DNA from: Psammoneis japonica
Lineage: Eukaryota
DNA: 44,468 bases
NCBI GenBank assembly: GCA_008632985.1
Contig: QPGO01000354.1
Coordinates: forward strand, 1-44,468
Reading direction: 5' to 3'
Shown here: positions 24,912 to 36,259 of the stretch, one piece after another
Numbering within the stretch: position 1 is the stretch's first letter
Layout of the letters: each line of letters opens with the position of its first letter
Translations under genes and position numbers: made by a program
Notes under the pieces: model-generated
Told to the model about the DNA's origin: nothing
What the model saw: the letters and a program-made list of their open reading frames with translations, nothing else
Database searches by the model: none

Positions 24912-25041
24912 TCGCTATACGCCCCTGCCGCACACATGTGCACTGGGGGTGTGGGTTAGCTTGTTGCCGGAGTTGCTGGGCGGAAGCGCAACAGCACCTA
25001 AAAATAGAAGTCGGGTTTTGTTTTATTTATTCAACGGATGT

Positions 25042-28000
25042 TTGTTTGGCCAGGAATTCCCGAATTCTCAGACATCTGAGATTCCGGATTCCTTATAGCG
25101 GATCCTACCAATCCATCCGCTCGCATCCACGCACACACGATATAAACCCCTGACTCTGGCTCTGCTCCACACAAGCCAAGTCTACTGCCTTGTATCTACA
25201 CCGGATTGCTGGTCTTCTACAGTCCTACAAGGTCCACGAGGACAACTGTGAGAGGAAGCAATTCGTGATCACAGCCTACGTTGGGGTGAGGGTGCATTTC
25301 CCACGTTTGTTCGTCCCTCCACAGCGCCAAATTTGGCCGGCCTGATCGGGTTATCCAACCGATATAAAATAAGAACGGTTCGGAGGTCTTGTCTACCTCT
25401 AGTTAGCTTGTCAGCAGGGGTTTTTAACCCGTTACTCCACTCTCAGGCAACCCAAAGCGTCACCAGCTGCGGGTTCGGACGTGCCGGCACAACTCTAAGG
25501 ACCGGATAGGAAGCTTAGCACTTAACTACGAACGGGATATCATAGCCCGGCGGCTTCTGACTCTTGAGATAGTTCAAGACATCAAGTCAAGATTCAAGTC
25601 AAGTTTCAAGTTATTTCAAGCTCATCCTCCGACCCTGGCTAGTTCTGACATCCACCTAGTTGCAACATGGTTCTCACCAGGCAACAACAAATTGATGGCC
25701 TCGAGCACATTCTAGGCACTGTTCTGAATCAAGCGGCAGACAGTCCATTGCGCTCCGCTCTCAACATTGATGGAACCAATTCGTATCAGGACCTTTTTAC
25801 TTTTACTCCGACGCAACTGGATGCCCTTGTGTACAATGATGGCACCAATCCGATGCCCTTGCCACGTGGTTACAAAGCACAGATAGCTGCGCTGATTAGC
25901 CTGTACACGGTAAAAGCGCGTGGCGGCGCAGATGTTAGCATCAACCCTCAATTGTTCACTCACGAGGAGTTCACTGACTATCGTCTTAGTCCTGAGTATG
26001 TAGCATCCCTCTCCATGGGTACAGTGCCATCTGCTCCCACCCCTGGCTCTTTGCCACCCAAACCACGTGACCCTGTACGTGACTTTGAACGAGGCATCAA
26101 ACGTGACCCACTCACCTTCGCGACTCTCAAGTCAGACAAACAGTGGCACACGTGGCACACCTCCATCATCGCACAGGCCCGCTCCCAGGACGTCGAACTC
26201 GTTCTTGATCCAAAGTACAAGCCCTCTACAGCTGAGGACAACGCCCTGTTTGATGAACAACACAAGTGCATGTTCGCTGTCTTCGAACGGATCTTGCAGA
26301 ATGACAAAGGCAAGGTGCTTGTTCGTCAACATGTCGACTCCTCTGATGCTCAAGCGGTGTATCACGACCTTTCCAAGTACGTCCTCACTTCCACTCACAC
26401 ATCCCTGGAGTCCTCGACCCTTCTCACGTACCTCACCACTGCTCGCCTCGGTGATGGCACCTAGAAGGGATCCACCCATGCCTTCATGCTTCACTGGCAG
26501 GACCAGCTCCGCAAGTGTGAAGCTCTCATCCTGGGTATGGACCATTTCTCTGCTGACCAGAAACGTGTCATGCTTAAGAACACCATTCATCCTATCGAAG
26601 AACTCCATTCGGTAAAGAATCAAGCTGATCAGTTCCGCACGCAGAATGGAAAGGGTCTCTCTTACAAAGGGTGCTGTGGACTTCTGCTTTCTGCTGCAGC
26701 ACAGTGCGACGGCACGTTCACCCCCAAGACTGCTCCGCGCGCTCCACGCTGTGCCATCTACGAACATGACCTGGTTCCTGACGACCCTGACGATGATGTA
26801 TTCTTCGACATCGACAGTGATGTTAACGTCATCCAAGCTTGTGCCGCACAGACCCATGGCAACTCCCTCACCAGGGAACAATGGCGTTGCATTCCACTGG
26901 ACCATCAGCGCATTTGGGACACCTTGCCCCAGTCCACCAAGACCATCATCCTTGGCTCACGCAATGCCCACACCGGCAACTGCCATGACTCGATGATGGT
27001 CAACCTGCACGACCTCCGTCTTGGCAGCGATGGCAACGTCAACTTGTCTGCCGACACCCATGATCTTGCATCGGAACTCACACCATCCGATGCTACAGCT
27101 GATGCAGCCGATGCTAACCCCATTCTGGCTCATCTCACCAGGTGCAAGCCCCTGCCACCCGGCAACTTGCAACGTCTCCTGGCACCTGAACGGCCTCCTT
27201 CCGCCCGTTCCGGCGAGAAACCGCCCAGATCTGCACCTTCCGCCCACTCCAACGCAAAGCCCAATGACACTGACATTGAGATCAACGGCCATAAATGCCG
27301 TTGCGTCAACAACCACAATGTTGTCTACTCTGCCTCGACCCACAAGTCAACTCGCAAAGGTGCTCTCGTGGATTGTGGTGCAAACGGTGGCATTGCCGGT
27401 GATGATGTTCATGTCATTGCCCACACTGGTTGCCAGGTTGACGTCCAAGGCATCGACGATCATCAACTAGTCGACATCCCCATTGTCACTGCCAGTGGTG
27501 TCATCCACACGCAACGCGGCCCTGCCATTGCCATCCTTCACCAGTGCACCTACACTGGAAAAGGGAAGACGATACACTCTTGTGGCCAGCTTGAGTGGTA
27601 CAAACACGATGTCAACGATCGGTCCATCAAGGTCCCCAATGGTCTGCAGCGTGTCACCACTGTTGATGGACACGTCATTCCCATCGACATTAAAGCCGGC
27701 CTCCTGTACATCGCCATACACCCGTACACCGACGCCGAATGGGACACTCTGCTGCATGTCATTCTCACTGGTGATGACACATGGGATCCATCTGTCCTTG
27801 ACCACCAGTTCACGGATGATGAGACGTGGTATGATGCCGTGTCTGACCTCCAAGACGACCCGACTACCAACCTCTTCGATGAGTTTGGTAACTATTGTCA
27901 CCGCCATGTCGTCAACAACACCATGCTTACAGACTCCGTCCTTGATGATCAATCCCAAGGATCCCGATTTTGAGTCCCTCCGCCCCCACTTTGGCTTTCT

Positions 28001-31000
28001 CCCGAAGGACACTGTTCACCGCACTTTCGATTGCATGATGCAGTGTGCCTGCATGCCAGCCAGCACGCACCTGAAAAAGGCGTACAAATCACCCAACCTG
28101 GCTCTCAATGTCCACCGACGTAATGAACCTGTTGCTACCGACACGGTCTACTCCGACACCCCTGCCATTGACTCTGGCTGCACCAGCGCCCAGCTCTTTG
28201 TCGGCATGGAATCTCTCGTCACTGACGTGTATGGCACCAAAACTGACAAAGAATTTGTCAACACCCTCGAAGACAACATTCGTAATCGCGGTGCCCTGTC
28301 CAAGCTCATCAGCGACAGTGCCCAGGTTGAGATCAGCAACAAGGTTTTTGGCATCCTTCATGCCCTCTTCATCTCTAGTTGGCAAAGCGAGTCTCACCAC
28401 CAGCATCAGAATTTTGCTGAACGCCACCACCAAACTGTGAAGACCATGGCCAACACTGTCATGGATCACTTCAGGTCCCCGGCTTACACCTGGCTGATTG
28501 CCCTGATGTACGTGTGTTTTGTGCTCAACCACACGGCGTCCGCCAAGCTCCACTGGCATACCCCCACAAAGGTGCTGTCTGGCTCTACTCCCGACATCAG
28601 CCCGCTCCTCCGCCTTCAATGGTGGGAACCCGTGTACCACCACCTGGATGATTTCGACTGGCCGTCCGAATCTCGTGAATTACGTGGTCACTTCGTTGGC
28701 ATCGCCGAACACGTTGGTCAGCAAATGACGTTCAAGATTCTTTCTGATGACACTCAGAAGATTCTCTGCCATTCCAACATGCACTCTGCCCGTGATCCGT
28801 CTGCTCCAAACCTGCGTCTTGATCCTCCTGATAAGAAATCTGCTGACCCTGTCATTAAATCCCGCCACGACTCTGAGGATTTGCCAGATTCACCAGATGG
28901 GGAGGCGATCAGGATGCCCGAAATGCCGGTCTTTGACCCCGGGGATATCACAGGACGCACCTTCCTCATGAAGCCACAAGAGGATGGACAACGCCACAGA
29001 GCCCACATCATCAAAGCCGTTGAGGACCACGACTGGAAAATTGGAGGTAATCCTGAACTGGTCAAGTTCATTTGCTCCATCAACAATGACGAATACGAGG
29101 AAGTCATAGCCTACAATGACATCATGCACCACATTGAGCAAGAAGACGAGGACACCACTCTCTGGAAGTTCCGATGCATCGTATCGCACGAAGGACCATT
29201 GCGACCCCATGATCCCTCATGGAAAGGCTCAAGCTACAATGTCATGCTTGAATGGGAGAATGGGGAGATCACGTCCGAACCCCTTGCCATCATTGCCAAG
29301 GATGACCCCGTCACCTGTGCCATCTACGCTCGTGAGCACAGCCTTCTAGAAACCAAAGGATGGAGACGTTTTTGCAAGATAGCACTTCATCAGAAGAAGC
29401 CATTCCGCATGGCCAACCAAGCCAAGTTGCGCTCCTTTTGTACCGCGCCACGATACAAGTGCGGGTATGAAGTGCCACGGGACTACAAGCATGCCATGGC
29501 CCTTGATGAGCGCAACGGCAACCGCAAGTGGGGAGATGCAACGGACCTCGAGATGACTTAACTTGACGAGTTCGAGGTCTTCCACGACTGCGGACACCAC
29601 AAGGATTCCAGTGCTCCATCGGGACACAAGAAGATCCAGGTGCATCTCGTCTACGACGTCAAACAAGACGGACGGCACAAAGCAAGGCTTGTTGCCGATG
29701 GACACCTCACAGACGTGCCCGTCGACAGTGTCTATTCCGGAGTGGTGTCCCTCCGTGGCCTGCGAATGATGATCTTCCTGGCCAAACTCAATGAACTAGA
29801 GACCTGGGCCACTGACATTGGGAATGCCTACCTTGAAGCTACGACCAATGAGAAACTGTACATCGTAGTAGGCCCCGAGTTTGGCGACCTGGAAGGACAC
29901 ATCCTTGTCATCCACAAGGCCTTGTACGGACTCCGCAGCTCTGGCCTCAGATGGCATGAACGCTTTGCCGATTGCTTGCATGCCAAAGGCTTCTTTCCAT
30001 GCAAGGCCAAACCCGACATCTGGCTGCGCAGGAATGGTGACCACTGCGAATACGTGGCAGTGTATGTGGATGACCTAGCCTTTGCCATGAAGGACCCCCA
30101 GGCTTTTGCAGACACCCTCATGGAGAAGCACAAGTTCAAGCTCAAGGGCACTGGACCATTGGAGTTCCATCTTGGCTGCGACTTCACCCGTGACCCAGAT
30201 GGCACCCTGTGCCTTGCTCCCCGCAAGTACATTGAGCGCATGGTTGACAACTACGCGCGCCTCTTTGGGGAGAAGCCCCACACTGATGTGCTTTCACCCC
30301 TTGACAAGGGTGACCACCCTGAGCTCGACACTTCCGAATTACTCAAACCGGATGGCATCCACCAATTCCAATCCTTGATTGGATCCCTGCAATGGGCCGT
30401 ATCTCTAGGTCGCATTGACATTACTACGGCTGTCATGTCCCTGTCCAGCTTCCGTGCAGCGCCCCGTCAAGGCCACCTAGACCGTGCCAAACGCATCTGC
30501 GGATTCCTCTCCAAGATGCATCATGGTGCCCTTCGAGTGTGCACCGAGGAGCCCAACTATTTGGACCTCCCCAAGCCCGTGTGCGATTGGGCTCAATCTG
30601 TGTATGGGGAGGTAGAAGAGCTGTTCCCGCAAGATGCGCCCGAGCCGCTTGGCAAGTTCGTCACCACCACACACTACGTCGATGCAAACTTGTTCCATTG
30701 CATGCTCACTGGATGCTCTGTCACCGGCATCCTCCATTTCCTCAACAAGTTTCCGGCTGATTGGTTCTCTAAGAAACAAGCAACAGTCAAGACTGCTGCG
30801 TATGGATCCGAGTTTGTTGCCACAAGGACATGTGTCGAGCAGATCATTGATCTGCGCATCACTTTACGTTACCTTGGCGTTCCCATTCGTGAAACATGTT
30901 ACATGTTTGGGGACAACAAGTCAGTTGTGGACAGTGCTACTATCCCGCACTCCAAGTTACACAAGCGACACACCGCCCTCTCATTCCATCATGTACGTGA

Positions 31001-31072
31001 GGCAATTGCCTCCAGTTTCCTCGAGTTTCATTTTATCGAAGGCTCCCGCAACCCGGCTGACATCCTCAGCAA
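25042..31072 (+). mobile_element. Copia family 1 copy B (leader + gag-pol), 3'-truncated at the RNase H ADILS motif
   Basis: Collinear with copy A; homology stops after GCTGACATCCTCAGCAA at 31072; no 3' LTR. Confidence 0.92.
25667..31072 (+). pseudogene. gag-pol of Copia copy B
   Basis: gag 25667.., protease ALVDCGANGG, integrase VATDTVYSD/LISDSAQVE/QNFAERH, RT DIGNAYL/YGLRSSG/YVDD, RH YVDANL/GSEF. Stops at 26462 and 29559, frameshift near 27950. Confidence 0.92.
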
Positions 31073-31830
31073 TGCAAAACAGCAGGGAACCATTTGGGAG
31101 ATCAAACCATGGCCTGTGGGGAGATCATCATCTTGTGGCATACCACTGGCTAGGTGCGGCAGGTCAAGGGGAACCTGGATGGGACTCTGCTGTGCTGTGT
31201 GTCCAGGCAGTTGATCACATGGTGCAACTCCCTCGTGTGGTGCCATGCTGACACACCCTGGTCACAGCACATGACCAGTTGGCGATCCCTGCAGTGCAGT
31301 GCAGGCAGTTGCCAAGTGCATGGGGAGCATGCGGTTGGCATGGAATGCACTGCAGGGACATTTTTAGATTTGCTTTGAGCAGAGCACCACCTGGCTCAAA
31401 GAAGCTGAGATCATGAGCTCTCACTTTTGGGCTTTTGCTGCCAAGCTAATTTCTCATTTCTCCACAGCAGCAGCATGAATGAGCTTGCCAAAACATTGGT
31501 TTGCTTTGTCATTCAAGAAACAAAGCAAAAAAATCAACTTCAAAAATGCTGCATTGGACAATTTTCCATGTGCATCAGCAGGATCCCTGACAGCAGTTTT
31601 GGAGTTGGCTTGAGCTTGAGGAAGCAGCTTCAGGAACTCCACACTTGACTTGAGTCTGTTTTCCAGGTGCCCTGGTGAATTGTTTGACAAAAGCTCTAGT
31701 TTCTTGGAAATTGCTCAACAGGACTCACTCTCTTCATGAACTCACTGTCTGATTCATAATTGAGTGCACCATCCCAAGAGGTGAGAGAGTTTCCCTTGCC
31801 AAATGTCTCATGGAGAGGTCGTCTGTGAGA
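31073..31830. other. unidentified decayed sequence depleted of TpA and CpG
   Basis: Composition matches the decayed repeats; no recognisable motif. Confidence 0.4.
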
Positions 31831-32024
31831 GGTTGAAGCCGCTGTAACAGGAGCGAACTCAGACACTGTGAAAAACTACAAATCTGGAACACAAGGAATA
31901 TGCAAGAGCGCACTAGCTTGTGACACAGCTGCAAATTGGGAGTTATGGATACGAAAATTACGTGAAGACGTCCTTAATCGCATCAAAATCACTAACCAGA
32001 TGCCTAGTCTGTAGAAAGATGAAC

Positions 32025-34591
32025 TCAGGATTGACGTTCATTGTCCCTCTCATCCCCGGCACTAGACCCTTCGGATCCGTCTACGTGCACCGGACGCAAA
32101 CCGTCGTTCTGAGGAGAAGGTTTTTCACTCGCTTTGCTATCCCTGTCATGATACATGGTGTGGGGAGTTGTGTGCCCTCCGCTATTGCGCAGATTCTTGC
32201 GGTTGTGTCTCCGATTCCCGCGTCCGTTTCCTCCGGCTCCACTTTGATAGTCTGGTTCAACGAAATCTTCCACAGGGCCGTGTCCACTGTAGACACCAGA
32301 AGGGTAGTTAATGTTTCTGGTCATGAAGTATGGCGGATTTCCACTGCTTACATGCATTTGCGACACGTTTGGTACGCCACCACTGCGGTGAACATGTGAC
32401 GGAGAAGCGAATCCGCGATGGTGATAAGCATTTTTCCCCGAAACAACCTGGAAAAGAAAGAAATGCATTGTGATCAATCGTGGATCAGAAACAACATGAA
32501 TGGATGGCACAATGTCTGTTGACATACTGGTATCTGTTGGGGACCACCCATCAGCTGTTGCTGATAGCCTCCTTGATGTGGTCCTCCATGTCCATGATGC
32601 ATGGCAACACCACCTCCAAAGTATGCTGCACCAGCAGGTGGGGTATACGAAACCGGCAAGTGTTGCTGCAAAGATGCCTGCCCTTGCTGCAAATGTTGTT
32701 GCGTAGAGAGTTGGTCTTCCGTTTGTGAAACAGGAACACCCGTATCCTCAGGATGCGAAGACTGGACTTGCTGCACCCGCTGGTGCTGTTGAAGTGCCGA
32801 GGTATGCTGGTCTATTCCTTGGTACGGATGAACACCCTGGAAGCGCATCGCCGGCGCGAAACGCGGGGTCACCATGGGCATCATGCCTGGTTGGAAAATA
32901 ACGATACACCGAACACTTCTTGTTGGAAACGTACGATCAGATACGCGGAAACAACGACGAGAAGCAGAAACGGGCAACGTACCTGCGTGCGTCATTTGAG
33001 CTGGAAGCTGCAAATATTGGGCTTGATGCTGCGACTGAATATGTTGCTGCGATACAACGCCTGTCATCTCCCCTCCATCGTCATTAGGGGGAGACACGAA
33101 AACTTCCCCAGCGCCAGCGCCAGGAGTAAAAGTCTTGGCATCAGGATTGAACGTAAAAGATTTCGCGTTTGCGTTGAGCTTAGACTTCGATTTCTCCGGT
33201 GAACAAGATGCTGAACTTTCAGATTCCTTCAACGAGGCTGGTTTGATGTTTGATGCATCATCTGACATATCCATCGTGTCCACCCTTGCCCCAACACTGT
33301 CTAAGTTTGTTTCCTTCTCATCACCTAACCTCTCTCCTCTTTCGCTCATCGCCGACTGATTAGCTGGCAGACAACCACTCTGTTCGTGGAATGTTTTGTC
33401 AGCGGACGTTCTTGTTTTGTCGCCTTTCTCGGGTGGCAACAGCGGTCCAGACCCGTCAGTGTTTGATTCCGCAGAAAACCCCGGTGGCAAGGGTTTGGGT
33501 GCTGTCGAATCTGCCTTGGCCACAGCTGCGTAGTTCATCTTTCTTTGATCCTTGCGCATTACGCTAGGGGGCACAGCTTCAACGACGTTTTCACTACTAC
33601 CTCCACGACTGCGCGTCTCGTTATCCACCGCCAAAACTCCGGAATATTTATCTTCTTCATCGTAGTCTCCTTCAACGATATGGCCTCGTTCCTCTGATAC
33701 GTGAATATTGGAGCTGGTGGTGCTTTCGATCTCTTTCGCAAGTCTTTCTGCCTTTCGCAACTCCATCCGGTTGATCTGAGATTTATCTAGCGCCGTCGTG
33801 TAGAGATTTTCATCAAAAGTGGCTCGGACATCAAACAGGTCTTCGTTGGCTTTAAACTGATCCCAATCACCTATGGTACTTCTGTTTGTGCCTGCCAAGT
33901 CAGTTGAAAAATAATTCTTCCGTGACCCACCTTCTTCTATAGACCCGTTCACTTTATCGTGACGGTTATTCGACGCAGAAAGACCATCAGATGTCCACTC
34001 ACTCCCAGCCGCTACCAAGCGGTCATCTCTTGCATCCTTGGCAACGGCAATTTCGGAATCCGTCGCGAAATAAGACGTCTCTTGTTGATTTGTAGTCGTT
34101 CCAGAGTTCGGAATTCCGTTATTACTGACTTTGTCAAGACGCATGCTTTTAACATGCACACTAGAGACGCTTTCTGCACGGATAACGATTGTGCTGCCGT
34201 CAACAAAATTTTCCACCTTTCCCTCAGAAACTTTGCACGCTTTTACGACATATCTGTTTCTAACATCAGGGGGGTGAGCGACAAAAGGAGTGAAAGTGTG
34301 GAGCACTCCTTCGATTACAACGCCATCTGTGCGAGTGATAGTAAGACGCTGACCAACCATAGAAAGCGCTAGCTGCAAGAACCGCTCCCTAAGCGCACTT
34401 TGGTGCCCAATTCCATTTCTGGGCGCTGAATCACCCATAACCAACTCTGAAGCCAACTCGATCAACTGCGATCCCATTCCAGGAGGTGGCACTATCGAGT
34501 CTGAACGATCGGCATTGGCGGTGCGTTGAAGTGGGCGAGTCCAGGCGTTGCCAGCAGTTTCCCCCGAACCACCCATACCTGTGGTCGACAT
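32025..34591 (-). CDS. ATXN2: Ataxin-2 / Pbp1 family RNA-binding protein (Lsm, LsmAD, PAM2), ~796 aa, three coding exons
   Basis: Lsm (MVGQRLTITRTDGVVIEGVLHT), LsmAD (WDQFKANEDLFDVRATFDENLYTTALD...EERG...DEEDKYSGV), PAM2 (SKLNANAKSFTFNPDAKTFTP). Proposed exons 34591-32983, 32886-32528, 32447-32025 with GT-AG introns of 96 and 80 nt; frame is preserved. TTGTAG just before the ATG and GTAAGC near 34749 suggest a further upstream intron, so the start is tentative. Confidence 0.9.
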
Positions 34592-35123
34592 ACCTACAAC
34601 AGACAGATTACAAGATACACTTATGAGAGAGGGAATGCGCGCTACGCAGCACTCCACACACTTGCACCAGCAGTCACGACCAAGAACAGCAAACACGAGC
34701 TGCGGCGTTGGCAGCGCAACCCATTTTACGACGATGAGCAGGTGCTTACCACGAGCACACAAATAAATGTGCCGCACAAGCACTAGAGGCTGCTCACAGT
34801 GCTGTTCTTTTGCTCCTGTGAGCTGCTGGAGTACGTATCCTCCAAGCGCGGTCAGGAAAAGGATTGGGTCTGCCAATCACTGCACAACATTCTTTTTGTA
34901 CAGTACAGTACATACATTGTTACGATAGCGCGCGGTAGATAGAGTAGAGAGGCGAGGCTCGTCCGTTCGTCCGGTCTGACCTACTAGGGCCCTACCGGGG
35001 TCTGGACAGCTGGCTGTCTGAAGAAATTTGTGTATGTAGGATTTGTACTGAACAGTCTGTCGTCGGTAGGTGAACGCTGGCTGAATATGGTACCCTACTA
35101 CTAGAGCACACACCGCGGTAATA

Positions 35124-35626
35124 AGCCATGTGCACTGGTACAAAAATCACGTAGAAATTTTACGTAGAAAAAATTATAAAAATTAGGGTTTGGGCCGATT
35201 TTTTTCTCGTGCTTCTACCGTGCTTCTCTGCTCCACCGACGCCTCAAGGAATCGTTTTCCCCTGAAACCATTGACACTTTACATGATGACTTTTACATAA
35301 GTAACACGATTCTGTGCGTGAACACTTCAAAATTCCATTTTCAGAAATTCGATCAACACTTCCCTACGGTCCCACCACGGTAAACATTTTCCAATGAAGG
35401 AATTTTGCCGAACGGTGGACATCGTCGTGTTTGTCATCAAAAAGTAAGTACGCAAAGTGTCAACCGTTATGACTGAAATCGATTCCTTGAGGTCGTGGCC
35501 TATTTTTCGCAAAGCACGGGAAAAGCACGACGAACAAGATATTCTACGCGAATTTTCTACGTGAGTTTTGTACCAGAAATCGGCCCAAACCCTGTTTTTC
35601 GGGACTCATAACCCCTGCACATGGCT
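35124..35626. mobile_element. MITE / foldback non-autonomous DNA transposon (~503 bp)
   Basis: Termini AGCCATGTGCA / TGCACATGGCT with TA on both sides; several long subterminal inverted blocks; no coding capacity. Confidence 0.85.
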
Positions 35627-35698
35627 TATAGGCCTTGCCTTATTACTGGTACGTCTTTTTCATAGTCTACTATCCTACGGTACGGTACCGTACGTTGA

Positions 35699-36255
35699 AA
35701 TGACTCTACTTCCTCTACTGATGGATCCCTTGTTGTTTCTTCGCTTAACAACGATGGCATCTTCCTACTCCCCTTCACCGTCGATCACCTTGGTGGTCTT
35801 GGCTACTTTGCTCACCGCTTACTCTTTGGCCCTACGTCTTCTTCCATCTGCTCTCAGCCCAAGCCACCCTGGTCCTCTTCCTCTGACTTTCGTCACTCCG
35901 TTGCCTCCTGCTCCGCCTTCCTCTATGCTTTGTCGTCTCCGTCTGCAATCCTTCCGTCCGCTGACTTCGCATGGCGTCGCCTGTCCGCTGATCGCTTTGG
36001 GAGCACCTACCGTACAGCCTCCCCATCCCAGTGGGCCACCCAAACCCTTGGCTACAATGTCGTTCTTCGCCTTTCTACGCACATCCTCCGATTCACTTCC
36101 TCCCTCCCTGCTCCCTCCTCACCTATACCTTCCTCTAAACGCCCTTTGTCCTGTGTCCTTTGGCCCTTCTACTCTACCGTCACTACAGCTACCTCCGTGC
36201 CTCCCTCTGCTGTTCCCTTCTGCTCTACATAGGCTCTCTTAATTTTCTATTTTAA
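35699..36255 (+). mobile_element. 5'-truncated CRE-like non-LTR retrotransposon (C-terminal end of ORF)
   Basis: Frame 35699-36232 reads ...GIFLLPFTVDHLGGLGYFAHRLLFG...RFGSTYRTASPSQWATQTLGYN..., resembling the tail of the restriction-like endonuclease region of diatom CRE elements; T-rich 3' end. Confidence 0.6.
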
Positions 36256-36259
36256 AAGT

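Larger units (their letters stand above)
16967..25023 (+). mobile_element. Full-length non-LTR retrotransposon (APE-RT-RNase H; Ambal-like)
   Basis: Two ORFs, flanked by the identical 18-mer TATTTATTCAACGGATGT at 16949-16966 and 25024-25041 (TSD). Confidence 0.92.

Noticed and set aside
5195..31072. Classical fungal RIP
   Set aside because: RIP converts CpA to TpA and enriches TpA; here TpA is depleted and CpA/TpG enriched.
31073..31214. Novel C-terminal extension on Copia RNase H in ORF 29640..31214
   Set aside because: Read-through past the truncation point into unrelated decayed DNA; copy A shows the real end (ADILSKHWG).
34592..34876. N-terminal 95 aa of the 800-aa ORF
   Set aside because: Non-ATG start, no ataxin-2-like character, and splice-like signals; likely UTR/intron.
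35183..35194. Telomeric repeat TTAGGG
   Set aside because: A single unit inside a MITE inverted-repeat block.
35568..36242. 224-aa Leu/Pro-rich ORF as a membrane protein gene
   Set aside because: Shadow frame of the pyrimidine-rich CRE fragment; it starts inside the MITE.
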